Assembly: GCA_045587025.1 (NCBI GenBank)
Contig: JAZNBK010000053.1
Coordinates: forward strand, 19,136-83,135
Direction of reading: 5' to 3'
DNA from: Eubacteriales bacterium
GTDB taxonomy: Bacteria > Bacillota > Clostridia > Oscillospirales > CAG-272
Length of the DNA stretch: 64,000 nucleotides
Position 1 is the first letter of the stretch, and each line of letters opens with the position of its first letter. This document shows positions 47,972-57,523 of the stretch, in pieces. The position numbers and the translations under genes are program-made. The notes under the pieces were generated by a model. The model was given only the letters and a program-made list of their open reading frames with translations. It did not search any database and was not told the origin of the DNA.

Positions 47972-48910
47972 ATGAGAAAAGAAATTATTGCATCAGGCAA
48001 AGACATTCAATCGGCTATCGACAATGCAAAGGAAGCGCTTGGAGTTAGCCCAATCGACGATATAGAATATGAAGTAATCGACTTGGGAAGCAAGGGTATA
48101 TTCGGAATTATAGGCGCAAAGCCCACGAAGGTCAAGGCGTATATCGAAATTCCCGACGCAAAGCCCGAGAGAAACCGCAGAAAAGATAACAGCGAAAAGA
48201 ACAATTCCAAAAACGACGGTAAAAATCAAAGGAATAATAAAAATCACAGAAACCATAACAGAAGAAACGACACCGTTTCCGACGAGCTTCTCGAAAAAAT
48301 CAAGAGCGAGCATAACGAAAAGGCGCCTTCGAAATCGGTGGCTATCCCAGAGGCAGAGCTTTCCTTTGAAAAGCTCGATATCGCCGAGGGCATTGATTTG
48401 TCCTACGACTTTGTAAACAAGCTCATTTCCAATTTGGGAATAGCTGCGACTGCAACGCTTTACGCTTGCAGTGACGGAACGAGAAGAATTACGATAGAGG
48501 GCGCGGACGCAAGCATCCTTATAGGTCATCACGGTGACACGTTGGACGCTTTGCAGTACCTTTCCAATCTCGCAAGCGCAAAGAAAAACAGCGAGGGCAC
48601 TAGGGACCACAGCAGAGTTACTATCGACATTGAGGGTTACCGTGCAAAAAGAGAGGAAACTCTGAGAGCTTTGGCTCGTAAAAAGGCAATGCAGGCGTTG
48701 AAAAACAACCGCAGCATAAAGCTCGAGCCGATGACACCCTATGAAAGAAGAATTATTCATTCCGAAATTCAGAGCATTGAGGGCGTTTCGACAAACTCGA
48801 TAGGTGCTGATAACAACAGACAGATAGTTATCTATCTCACCGACAAGGCGCAAAAAAACGCTTCTGTAAATAAGGAAGCTATCGAAAAGGATACAGAAGT
48901 CGATGAATAA
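47972..48910 (+). CDS. jag: Jag/KhpB-type RNA-binding protein (Jag_N, KH, R3H)
   Basis: 312 aa. Jag_N N-terminus (ASGKDIQSAIDNAKEALGV) and C-terminal R3H (PMTPYERRIIHSEIQ). An N/K/R-rich low-complexity linker lies between the domains. Confidence 0.85.
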   Translation: MRKEIIASGKDIQSAIDNAKEALGVSPIDDIEYEVIDLGSKGIFGIIGAKPTKVKAYIEIPDAKPERNRRKDNSEKNNSKNDGKNQRNNKNHRNHNRRNDTVSDELLEKIKSEHNEKAPSKSVAIPEAELSFEKLDIAEGIDLSYDFVNKLISNLGIAATATLYACSDGTRRITIEGADASILIGHHGDTLDALQYLSNLASAKKNSEGTRDHSRVTIDIEGYRAKREETLRALARKKAMQALKNNRSIKLEPMTPYERRIIHSEIQSIEGVSTNSIGADNNRQIVIYLTDKAQKNASVNKEAIEKDTEVDE

Positions 48911-50282
48911 TCCGACCTCAACAATAGCAGCAATCTCAACCCCGTCCGGCAAAGGCGGGGTTGCCCTTATAAGAACGTCAGGACAGGATGCTCTGAAAAT
49001 CGTTTCAAACTGCTTTATTCCCAGAAGTAAAAAGCCCCTCGCTGATTACCCCTCTCGCACCGCAATATACGGAGACGTAATTTTAGAGGGAGAAAAAATT
49101 GATGACGCCATTGCCGTAATCTTCCGCGCCCCCGCCTCTTACACCGGCGAGGACACCGTAGAAATTACCTGCCACGGCGGAACGCTTATCACAAAAACAG
49201 TGCTTGAAGCTATTCTTGCCTGTGGCGCAGTTCCCGCAACGGCGGGAGAATTTACAAAGCGCGCGTTTATGGCAGGAAAGCTAAGCTTGACCGACACCGA
49301 GGCAATTGCAACGTTATTGGAAGCGAAAACTCATTCTCAGATATTATTAAACTCTTCAAATGCAAGGGAAAAGCTAAACGATGAAATATCAAAGCTCCAC
49401 GACGAATTGATACTTCTTCTCTCCACCTTGTACGCAAAAATTGATTTTCCCGAGGAGGACCTTGCAGACCTCACGTCCGACGAGGTTCTCTCAAAATTGA
49501 ATGAGATATACAAAAGGGTAGAAAAGCTCTCTGCTACCTACAAAACGGGACACGCCGTAAACGAAGGAATACAAACCGTTATTTGCGGAAAGCCAAACGT
49601 AGGAAAAAGCACGCTCTACAACCTTCTCTGCCGAGGCGATTTTGCTATCGTCAGCGAATATGCGGGCACGACGAGAGACTTGCTCGAAAAAACGGTCTCA
49701 CTCGGCAAGGTGACGCTAAACCTCGTCGACACCGCAGGTATAAGGGAAACCGACGCTCCTGTTGAAAAGATAGGAATTTCGCTTTCAAGGAAGAAAATTG
49801 ATGAAAGCGAGCTTGTTTTTCTCGTATTTGACGGTTCGCTTCCGTTTGACAAGGAGGATTTTGAGCTTATAGAATACCTTTCTTCGTTAAGCGCTCCCAC
49901 TATTGCGATAGTAAACAAAGCAGACCTAAAGCAAGAGGCGGATATCTCGCTTTTAAAGAAAAAGTTTTCACATGTTATAACGATGAGCGCGAAAAACGGA
50001 GGAGCGGACGAGCTGTGCGATATAGTCAATAAGCTTTTCACCGACGATGAAATTTCGCTCGGTCACGACGCAGTCATATCAGGCGCAAGGCAGTACGCCT
50101 CTCTTATACGGACGAAGGGCTTCCTTTCCTCGTCTATCTCTGCATTAAAGGAAGGGCTTCCCTCAGATATCGTCTCGTCCGACATTGAATTGGCTGTTTC
50201 CGCTATTTCAGAGCTTGACGGAAGGGCGGTAAGCGAGGATATCGTTTCGGGCATTTTCAGTCATTTTTGCGTGGGAAAATAA
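48903..50282 (+). CDS. mnmE: tRNA modification GTPase
   Basis: 459 aa. G1 GKPNVGKST, G3 DTAG, NKAD, and the C-terminal FCVGK motif. Confidence 0.95.
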   Translation: MNNPTSTIAAISTPSGKGGVALIRTSGQDALKIVSNCFIPRSKKPLADYPSRTAIYGDVILEGEKIDDAIAVIFRAPASYTGEDTVEITCHGGTLITKTVLEAILACGAVPATAGEFTKRAFMAGKLSLTDTEAIATLLEAKTHSQILLNSSNAREKLNDEISKLHDELILLLSTLYAKIDFPEEDLADLTSDEVLSKLNEIYKRVEKLSATYKTGHAVNEGIQTVICGKPNVGKSTLYNLLCRGDFAIVSEYAGTTRDLLEKTVSLGKVTLNLVDTAGIRETDAPVEKIGISLSRKKIDESELVFLVFDGSLPFDKEDFELIEYLSSLSAPTIAIVNKADLKQEADISLLKKKFSHVITMSAKNGGADELCDIVNKLFTDDEISLGHDAVISGARQYASLIRTKGFLSSSISALKEGLPSDIVSSDIELAVSAISELDGRAVSEDIVSGIFSHFCVGK

Positions 50283-50287
50283 CAAAA

Positions 50288-50312
50288 AAATCCGACGTTC
50301 TGTCGGATTTTT
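50288..50312 (+). terminator. intrinsic terminator after mnmE
   Basis: Stem AAATCCGAC / GTCGGATTT with a 5-nt loop, followed by TT. Starts 6 nt after the mnmE stop. Confidence 0.8.
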
Positions 50313-50345
50313 AAGCCATATTCGTTTTGTAAACAAATATTTGCT

Positions 50346-50813
50346 TTACTTTCTTTTTTTAGGAACTGTCATATAGATAATGGCGATTACCGCTGCTGCG
50401 ATTACTATCGCAAGAACTACTCCCCAAACGGCAAATCTTGCGCCTTCCTCATCTGCAGCGCTCATAGTCGTTGTTTGATTAGTATTACTGGTCACGGGAG
50501 CGCTGGTGGTTGGGGCTTGAGTGCTCGTGCTCGGCTTATCTGTCGTGACCGTGTCATTTCCCAGCACGCCGTCAGGAGATAATATACCCCCGTCGTTCGA
50601 ATTATCTGTGACGTTCGGCGTCACCGGATCTTGATTTGAGGTTGTAATTTTCGGAAGAGTAATTTCGGGAGTATCGCCCTCAATTATTCCGTCCTTATCG
50701 GTAACTATACCGTCTCTTACAGACGGCATTGCATACGTCGGTATCTGCAAGCTAAACATCGCTACCGCCAAAAGCAACACCGCCAATATGACGCATTTTT
50801 TGTTTCGTTTCAT
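50346..50813 (-). CDS. hypothetical secreted protein with C-terminal membrane anchor
   Basis: 155 aa. N-terminal signal peptide (VILAVLLLAVAMFSLQIPTYA), Thr/Ser/Pro-rich middle, C-terminal TM helix plus a basic stop-transfer PKKRK. No LPXTG motif. Confidence 0.5.
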   Translation of the reverse strand: MKRNKKCVILAVLLLAVAMFSLQIPTYAMPSVRDGIVTDKDGIIEGDTPEITLPKITTSNQDPVTPNVTDNSNDGGILSPDGVLGNDTVTTDKPSTSTQAPTTSAPVTSNTNQTTTMSAADEEGARFAVWGVVLAIVIAAAVIAIIYMTVPKKRK

Positions 50814-50974
50814 TTTAGTTTTCCTTTAAGAATATTTTCTTAATATTAAAGCTTTGCTTTACAAATCTTTTATACTGCAGGTCATTCGGTTTTTGCTTTT
50901 GCTCGCTTGTATTTTGCCTGCAAATATATTATTTCACCTCAAAAAAACTTTAAACAGGATTTTATTTGGATATT

Positions 50975-51307
50975 ATGGAAACAAAAAGATTTAAAAAAAA
51001 TGACAACGGCTTCATTTGCATAAATTGCAAAAAAGAGGTTCATCCTCTCGGCTACAGCTCGAGAAATCACTGCCCGTTTTGCCTTTATTCGCTCCACGTC
51101 GATATTATGCCGGGCGACAGGGCAAATTCGTGTCAGGGCGTTTTAAAGCCGATAAAGGTAGAATTTAACTCTAAAAAGGGCTATGTAATTCTTCACAGAT
51201 GCGAAAAATGCGGAGAAATAGTGCGTAACCGTTGCGCAAACGAGGCGAAGGACCAGCCCGACGATATTTCGCTTTTGATACGCCTCAGCGTCGGAGAATA
51301 CAAATAA
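50975..51307 (+). CDS. RNHCP domain-containing protein
   Basis: About 110 aa from ATG 50975 (the track start at 50966 is TTG). SSRNHCPFCLYSLHVD motif plus additional CxxC pairs. Confidence 0.75.
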   Translation: METKRFKKNDNGFICINCKKEVHPLGYSSRNHCPFCLYSLHVDIMPGDRANSCQGVLKPIKVEFNSKKGYVILHRCEKCGEIVRNRCANEAKDQPDDISLLIRLSVGEYK

Positions 51308-51372
51308 TTGTAACTGTAAATAAAAGTTTCCCCCACCGACATTATCTGTTCGTCTGTGGGGGATTTTTGTTT

Positions 51373-52893
51373 TTATTTGCTTAGCGGAAGCTCAAACCAG
51401 AAGCGAGAGCCCTCGCCTATCTTGCTCTCAACGCCGTAGCTCGCCTTGTGGTACTCTAAAATGCCTCGTACTATCGAAAGTCCCAAGCCGCTTCCTATTC
51501 TGCTTCTTTCGTGGTTCTTGTCGACCTTATAGTACCTCTGCCATATATTCGGAAGCTCGCTGTCGGGTATTCCCTCTCCGTTATCTATTATATCAACGTG
51601 AACGGAATTCCCTCTGATAAAGCAATTGATATTTACTTCCTTGTCTTTGGTATAATTTATAGCGTTGTTTAGGAGATTGCAGATTACCTGCAATATTTTG
51701 CCCTTGTCGGCGTATACCGTAGCGCTTGGCGCAGAGCTAAGATTAAAGGTAAAGCCCTCCGCGCGTTTTAGACGGCGGTATCTGTCGACGGTCTCGGATA
51801 GCGCCGCTGCCAAATCGAAGCGTTCGAGGTCGTACTTCTCCTTGCCCTGCTGCGCTTTTGAAATAGACAAAATATCGTCTACAAGCTCGCTTAAGCGCTC
51901 CGACTCGTCAATTATCACCTGCACGTTTTCAGGCGTTCTCTCACTCTCTATATCCCGCATTACCTCGGCGTAGCCCTTTATCATAGTGAGCGGAGTACGA
52001 AGGTCGTGAGAGATATTCGATATCAGCTCTCTTTGAACTCTTTCGACTGCCGAGAGCTTCTCTGCCGTGTCATTCAGAGTTTCTCCAAGCTCGCATATCT
52101 CCCGATAACCATCACCCGAAAAATCAGCGTTGTAATTCCCCTCAGACAAAAGCCGCGCCTTGCGGTTTATCTTTACGATAGGGCGTGAGATTAACTCTGA
52201 AATCAGGAAGGCGAGCAAAAGCGAGAAGAAAAAAATAGCGACCGAAATAGCTATAAGCTGTGTTCTCAACGTATCCATGACAGGCGCAGAGGGAGAAAGC
52301 GCAGTGTCTAACAAAATCATTATCGCATTGTTTTCTTTTGTAAATACAAGTTTACAAAACAAGATACGTTCATCCGCAATTTCAAGCAATAGCGGATTGT
52401 CGTTGCCCAAATCCCCCTCGTAGCTCGGCAGATATGCGACAAGCTCTCTTTTCATATATATAGGATTTAACACCGTCTGCAAAAACGCTTTCGCACAAAA
52501 ATCTCCCCCGCCCGCCTTGCTCTGCTCATAAACCGTTTCGAGCTGCGAGCTTGAGAGCTTATGTACGATGCCGCCAATCGAAACTTCAGCGGACGCCAAC
52601 GTCTCTACGCTTTTTTCGCCTACCCGAAGCACGAGGATGCAGTATTGCCTTGCGAGTGCGCTCTCCTGCACGATATCGGAAAAATCTATCGCGTCGTATT
52701 CCTCGGCGAGCCGTTTTGCAGTTCTCTCCATGCCCTTTAACGTGTTTCTATAATAAAAGCCGTCGAGAAAAAGCGTCTGCATTGCCCACAAAATAGAGAT
52801 AACAACGAGAGAAAAAGCTATAAAACAAGAAAAAATTCGTTTTTTAATTTTCCCCCTCGCCCTTGTCTTTTTATTTTTCCGTAATTGGCGCAT
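51373..52893 (-). CDS. sensor histidine kinase
   Basis: Two TM helices flank an extracytoplasmic domain. HAMP domain, H-box SHDLRTPLT, N box LLNNAINYT, G boxes DNGEGI and GSGLGLSIV. Overlaps the upstream response-regulator gene. Confidence 0.9.
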   Translation of the reverse strand: MRQLRKNKKTRARGKIKKRIFSCFIAFSLVVISILWAMQTLFLDGFYYRNTLKGMERTAKRLAEEYDAIDFSDIVQESALARQYCILVLRVGEKSVETLASAEVSIGGIVHKLSSSQLETVYEQSKAGGGDFCAKAFLQTVLNPIYMKRELVAYLPSYEGDLGNDNPLLLEIADERILFCKLVFTKENNAIMILLDTALSPSAPVMDTLRTQLIAISVAIFFFSLLLAFLISELISRPIVKINRKARLLSEGNYNADFSGDGYREICELGETLNDTAEKLSAVERVQRELISNISHDLRTPLTMIKGYAEVMRDIESERTPENVQVIIDESERLSELVDDILSISKAQQGKEKYDLERFDLAAALSETVDRYRRLKRAEGFTFNLSSAPSATVYADKGKILQVICNLLNNAINYTKDKEVNINCFIRGNSVHVDIIDNGEGIPDSELPNIWQRYYKVDKNHERSRIGSGLGLSIVRGILEYHKASYGVESKIGEGSRFWFELPLSK

Positions 52894-53563
52894 CAAATCT
52901 GTACCCCATTCCTCTCAAGGTTACGATAAACGAGCTGTATCCGCCCAAGCTCTTTCGCAAAAGCTTTATATGCGTGTCAAGAGTTCTGTCGTCGCCGTAA
53001 AAATCATATCCCCACACCTCTGTAATCAGCTTTTCTCGGGAAAGCGCGAGACCTCTGTTTCTTATCATATAAAAAAGGAGGTCGTATTCCTTTGGCGAGA
53101 GCTCTATCTGTACGCCGTCAACGAACACCTTTCTCGCGGAAATATCCGCTATAAGTCCCGAAAAGGAATATATCTCTTTTCCGTCGCCTGTCTCGCTGCC
53201 CTTTTTATAGCGCCTTATTACCGCGTCAACTCTCAGCATAAGCTCTCTTGGGGAAAACGGCTTGACCACGTAATCATCCGCGCCTATTTCAAGCCCGTTT
53301 ATCTTGTCGTACTCCTCGCCTCTTGCGCTGAGTATAATGATAGGAACGTCAGACGTTTTTCTTATCTCTCGGCAAGCGGAAAAACCGTCAAGCTCGGGCA
53401 TCATAATATCGAGAATAATTGCGTCGAGCTTCTCGCTCCTTGCAATTTCGAGCGCCTGCATACCGTCCTCGGCTTCAACTATCGAATAGCCGCTGAACTC
53501 TGCGTATTTTCTCACTATGCTCCTTATCTGCGCCTCGTCGTCTGCGATTAAAAGCTTATACAT
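52871..53563 (-). CDS. OmpR/PhoB family response regulator
   Basis: 230 aa from ATG 53563 (AAGGAG RBS). Receiver domain (LLIADDE..., ILDIMMPELDG) and a winged-helix output domain (TLRGMGYRF). Confidence 0.9.
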   Translation of the reverse strand: MYKLLIADDEAQIRSIVRKYAEFSGYSIVEAEDGMQALEIARSEKLDAIILDIMMPELDGFSACREIRKTSDVPIIILSARGEEYDKINGLEIGADDYVVKPFSPRELMLRVDAVIRRYKKGSETGDGKEIYSFSGLIADISARKVFVDGVQIELSPKEYDLLFYMIRNRGLALSREKLITEVWGYDFYGDDRTLDTHIKLLRKSLGGYSSFIVTLRGMGYRFDAPITEK

Positions 53564-53623
53564 TTTTTCTCCTTTCAAGCAGATAAAGGGCGATAGTATA
53601 AAACTTCGCCCGTTATTTTTATT

Positions 53624-54925
53624 TTACGGCAGCGTAGGGTTGTACTCGTTTATTTCCACCTCTACCGTATAGGTTTCATATGACGAATATCCGAAATTGT
53701 TCGACGAGGTAAAGCGGTAAAGAGTGAGCTTCACCTTTTCGCCAATTTCTTTATTGCACAAAACCGTGCGTATATCGTCCATACTTGCTATCTTTTTATC
53801 GTCGATAAAAATGAGAATGTCGTCCTTTTCTATCATTTTTTGTCCACTTGCCAAGAGCTTGTCGTTATGTCTGTATTCCTGAATATACAGATAACTTCCA
53901 TTCGTTCTGAAGGTAATATCAAGAGACGGAATACCCGATGCAAAGCCGTTATTGATAATTTCATACGCTACTCTGTACGCCGTATTTACCGGTATTGCGA
54001 AGCCGATGCTCTCCACGCTCTCGCCCGAGGACTTCGCATTGACAATGCCTATAAGCTGTCCCTGCATATTGAAAAGTCCCCCACCCGAGTTTCCGGGGCT
54101 TACCGCAGCAGAATGCTGAATAAGCGTCATCGTTACGCCCTCGATAGTAATTTCTCTTTCTACTGCGCTGATAATGCCGGGGGTTATAGTTCCACCAAGA
54201 GTTCCAAGCGGATTTCCGATAGCCGCTATATTTTGCCCCGCCTTTATACTGTCGCTGTCGCCGATTTCGGCAACATAAAGCTTATCCTCCGTTTCGATAC
54301 GGAGAATTGCTATATCGTTCGTCCAGTCCTTTTCGACGACCGTCGCTTCATAGCCGTCGCCTCCGTCTGACGTGAACACCTTTACCGTATTAAATCCGTC
54401 TATTACGTGATTATTAGTTATAATATAATAAACGTTACCGGCGTTTGCAATAATAACTCCGCTGCCTGCACCGCTCTGCACAAAGCTTCCGTAAAAAACG
54501 CTGTAAACTGTGGCTTCCGTGGTAATAGAAACGACCGATTTCGCCGCCATTTCGTTTACGTAGACGTAATTTCCTTCCTGAGATACCGCCACGGGCGAAT
54601 CGTATTTAGGAATTTCAATAGTCGTCACAGGCGCTATTACAGCGGGAGCGGACGGCGTTTTTTCGGTATTGGAAAAGGGATTTTCAAGTGTTCCGCCAGG
54701 CAACTGCGTGTGGTCAACAGTGCTTTGTCCGAGCTTATAGCCGCCGAAAAGCGCGGCAAGCAGAAGAATTACGGTAAGAACCGCAAAAAGCGGAGCCATA
54801 TTCTGCATACGGACAGACTTTCTTTTTTCTTTTTCGGGCGAATACTCGATAGACGAGGATTCTCGTGTCGTTTTATATGAATTATATTCGTTATCCCATT
54901 CGTTTTTGTTATTAAGATCAGACAT
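53624..54925 (-). CDS. htrA: HtrA/DegP-type trypsin-like serine protease with PDZ domain
   Basis: 433 aa with a GGGGGAG RBS. N-terminal TM anchor. Catalytic triad context TNNHVI / NDIAIL / GNSGGGLF. C-terminal PDZ. Confidence 0.9.
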   Translation of the reverse strand: MSDLNNKNEWDNEYNSYKTTRESSSIEYSPEKEKRKSVRMQNMAPLFAVLTVILLLAALFGGYKLGQSTVDHTQLPGGTLENPFSNTEKTPSAPAVIAPVTTIEIPKYDSPVAVSQEGNYVYVNEMAAKSVVSITTEATVYSVFYGSFVQSGAGSGVIIANAGNVYYIITNNHVIDGFNTVKVFTSDGGDGYEATVVEKDWTNDIAILRIETEDKLYVAEIGDSDSIKAGQNIAAIGNPLGTLGGTITPGIISAVEREITIEGVTMTLIQHSAAVSPGNSGGGLFNMQGQLIGIVNAKSSGESVESIGFAIPVNTAYRVAYEIINNGFASGIPSLDITFRTNGSYLYIQEYRHNDKLLASGQKMIEKDDILIFIDDKKIASMDDIRTVLCNKEIGEKVKLTLYRFTSSNNFGYSSYETYTVEVEINEYNPTLP

Positions 54926-55000
54926 ATTATCTCCCCCTATATTTATTAACGCAATAAATATAACATCGCAATGTGAAATCTATGTGAAGACAAAATATTA

Positions 55001-55444
55001 TTATATTGAAGCTTGCCTGTTCCTGTCCAGATAGTCCTGCAAAATTATTTCGGCTGAAAGCGCGTCCACCACGTTTTTGCGCTTTTTTCCGCCCACGCCC
55101 GTCATGCTCAGAACTCTATGCGAGAGCATTGTCGAGAGACGCTCGTCGTACATTTTGATAGGCGTTTTCGTATATTCTGACAGGATACTGACGAAGCTAT
55201 GCACCAGCTCTGCGCGAGGGCCCTCGCTTCCGTCCATATTCTTTGGCAGTCCGATGACTATAAGACAAACTCCGTTTTTCTCCGCCTCCGACGCAACTCG
55301 AATGGCGGTGTTTCTCATTCCGCCCTCTTTTATCGTGCAGTAGGCGGAGGAGAGCGAGCCGCTTATATCGGAAAGGGCGAGCCCCGTCCTGACGTCTCCG
55401 TAATCAACTCCCATTGCTCTTTTATTTTTTGAATTAAGCTCCAT
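55001..55444 (-). CDS. ruvX: Holliday junction resolvase-like / pre-16S rRNA nuclease
   Basis: 147 aa. MGVDYGDVRTGLALSD (YqgF fold) and IVIGLPKNMDGSEG. Confidence 0.9.
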   Translation of the reverse strand: MELNSKNKRAMGVDYGDVRTGLALSDISGSLSSAYCTIKEGGMRNTAIRVASEAEKNGVCLIVIGLPKNMDGSEGPRAELVHSFVSILSEYTKTPIKMYDERLSTMLSHRVLSMTGVGGKKRKNVVDALSAEIILQDYLDRNRQASI

Positions 55445-55596
55445 ATTTTTTATCTTTCCTCATTTTTATATAAATAAACCTTTTTTATAGTATAGCACAA
55501 TATTTACCCTTTTGTCTATATTCCTTGACTTATTTTCTTTCATATTGTATAATTTATATGCTAACCGTTTTATCTTAACGCAAAAAAGGAGACGCC

Positions 55597-56412
55597 GTGA
55601 ATTATAAAGCCCTTATCTGCCCTATCTGCAAAAGCAAATTAGACGGAGACGAAAAGGTCTGCCGCTGCGAAAATAATCACTCCTTTGACCTTGCTCGGCA
55701 GGGATATCTGAATTTGCTCGTCTCCGCAAAACAGGCGCACGGCGACAACAAGCAAATGGCCTGCGCAAGAAGAAATTTTCTCTCGGGCGGTTATTATGCG
55801 CCCCTCTGCCAAGCTCTTTGCGAAAAGGTGAACGAATATACGACCGAACACGCCGTTTTGATAGACTGCGGATGTGGCGAATGCTATTATACCGACGCAA
55901 TAGAAAGGGCGTTAAAAAACGCAGGCAAAAGAGTCGTCTTCTACGGCTTCGACATTTCAAAGGAAGCTATCATTTTTGGCGCAAAGCGGAGCAGGTCGCT
56001 TTCTCTCTTGGTTTCGGGCGTTTATCATATGCCGTTTCTCGACGAAAGCGCGGATATGCTTTTCAGTATTTTTTCTCCGTTTGCGCAGGAGGAATTTCTC
56101 CGAGTTCTCAAAAAGGGCGGAATTCTTTTCTCGGTCATTCCCGCAAGAAAGCATCTTTGGGCGCTGAAGAAAGCGCTATACGATACGCCTTATGAAAACG
56201 AGGTTGCAGATTACGGCTTGGAGGGCTTTTCGCTTGAAGAAAAGATAGAAGTTAAAAATATAATCTCCCTTTCGGGAGAGGACCTGCAAAACCTTTTTAT
56301 GATGACGCCGTACTATTACCGAACCTCACAAAAAGACAAGGATAAAATAGCGAAGCTCTCCTCTCTTGACATAGAGACCGAGTTCGAGGTTCTCATTTAC
56401 CGAAAAGCATAA
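55597..56412 (+). CDS. rlmA: 23S rRNA (guanine-N1)-methyltransferase, RlmA family
   Basis: 271 aa. GTG start 5 nt after an AAAGGAG RBS. N-terminal zinc finger CPICKSKL...CRCENNHSFDLARQGYLNLL. SAM motif LIDCGCGECYY. Confidence 0.8.
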   Translation: MNYKALICPICKSKLDGDEKVCRCENNHSFDLARQGYLNLLVSAKQAHGDNKQMACARRNFLSGGYYAPLCQALCEKVNEYTTEHAVLIDCGCGECYYTDAIERALKNAGKRVVFYGFDISKEAIIFGAKRSRSLSLLVSGVYHMPFLDESADMLFSIFSPFAQEEFLRVLKKGGILFSVIPARKHLWALKKALYDTPYENEVADYGLEGFSLEEKIEVKNIISLSGEDLQNLFMMTPYYYRTSQKDKDKIAKLSSLDIETEFEVLIYRKA

Positions 56413-56604
56413 AAAGCGCCGCGCTCACGAGAAAATTTCTTTAGCGCGATAGAAAAAAGGAGGGAGAATATGGGTAGTGGCCTTAAGGACACTACGCATA
56501 TTCTTCGTCTTTTTTATTTACATTGATTAACTTAATTAAAAACATTCCGAGCATAATTTTAAAAATTGTATATAATAAGATTGCGTTGTCTAAAATAATC
56601 TTCA

Positions 56605-57063
56605 TTAGAGAAGCTCATAAATGTTAATTATTTTCTTTTTCTTCCACTTTGCCACTTGTAGTGATTTATATGCACCACCATAGCTATGATTTATATATGC
56701 TATTATCAAATCTGCATTTGCCATCATCCATTCGTTTCTCTTTGATATCGCAAATCTTAACGGCACTTTCTCAATAGGCGGATATATTGATGTATCACAT
56801 ACCCCCCAGCTTTGCATTTCTCTGATTTTTGTTTGCTCTGACAAAGTAATGTAGGGTGTAACATAAATAACCTCAATACCGTCGTATTCCTGTTTCAATT
56901 CTCTGCACGCGAGAGCACAAATTTCGTCAAAATCACCATATCCGCCAAGATAGCAAGTAATATGTGAGACATCAATAATACTATTCCTTATTTGCTCTTT
57001 TACCATCTCTTTTACCCTGTTACTTGAAGAAACAAATGAGTGTCCTGCAAAAGCAATTATCAT
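56605..57063 (-). CDS. SLOG-fold protein, DUF1273/YpsA-like (putative)
   Basis: 152 aa from ATG 57063 (GAGAGG RBS). The track ORF extends further 5' without support. MIIAFAGHSF ... YLGGYGDFDEICALACREL ... NADLIIAY resembles the Rossmann-like SLOG/DUF1273 pattern as I recall it. AT-rich (22/60 G+C in one counted line). Confidence 0.5.
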   Translation of the reverse strand: MIIAFAGHSFVSSSNRVKEMVKEQIRNSIIDVSHITCYLGGYGDFDEICALACRELKQEYDGIEVIYVTPYITLSEQTKIREMQSWGVCDTSIYPPIEKVPLRFAISKRNEWMMANADLIIAYINHSYGGAYKSLQVAKWKKKKIINIYELL

Positions 57064-57082
57064 ATTACACCTCTCGTCTTTT

Positions 57083-57200
57083 CGTGGAACACCACGATGT
57101 AGCAGATACATTATACATTCAAAGGGGAATTTTGTCAATATCGTGGAACTCCACGAGATAATAATTTTATATTTTCCTATAATTATTGTGGAATACCACA
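57083..57200. promoter_or_regulatory. divergent promoter region with three 14-bp palindromic operators
   Basis: CGTGGAACACCACG (57083-57096), CGTGGAACTCCACG (57142-57155), TGTGGAATACCACA (57187-57200). Minus-strand promoter: TTGACA (57138-57133), 17 nt, TATAAT (57115-57110). Plus-strand promoter: TTGTCA (57132-57137) ... GATAAT (57157-57162). Confidence 0.7.
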
Positions 57201-57222
57201 AAAATATAGGTAGGGTATAATT

Positions 57223-57459
57223 ATGAAATTAAACGATGCTATTGTCAAGCGGATAGAGGAAATTTGTAAGGAACGCAATAGTAACATATGCGATATTGCT
57301 TTGCGTGGTGGGATGTCGCCTTCAGCAATTTATGATCTCCTCAAGGGCAGAACGAAATGCTCAAAGGTTATCACCATAAAGCGCTTTTGTGAAGGCGCAG
57401 AAATAACTTTATCCCAATTTTTTGATAAAGATTATTTTAACAATCCGGAAGAAGATTAG
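57223..57459 (+). CDS. XRE family helix-turn-helix transcriptional regulator
   Basis: 78 aa with a TAGGTAGGG RBS region. HTH ICDIALRGGMSPSAIYDLLKGRT. Divergent from the SLOG-like gene. Confidence 0.75.
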   Translation: MKLNDAIVKRIEEICKERNSNICDIALRGGMSPSAIYDLLKGRTKCSKVITIKRFCEGAEITLSQFFDKDYFNNPEED

Positions 57460-57523
57460 TATTTATTACAGAACATTGCTCGCTGAAAGAAATAACAGTA
57501 TTTACTTTTCGAAAAATAAAAAG

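Noticed and set aside
47993-48952. 319-aa minus-strand ORF across jag
   Set aside because: It is antisense to a gene with clear Jag_N/KH/R3H motifs, has no RBS, and its composition is driven by the AAC/AAA-rich linker on the sense strand.
50328-50341. 14-nt inverted match (GTAAACAAATATTT vs AAATATTTATTTAC at 63066-63079) at the borders of the hypothetical mnmG inversion
   Set aside because: It is short, AT-rich and has one mismatch, and the 63.06-kb copy is part of a local palindrome. It is easily explained by chance and is not evidence for a recombination junction.
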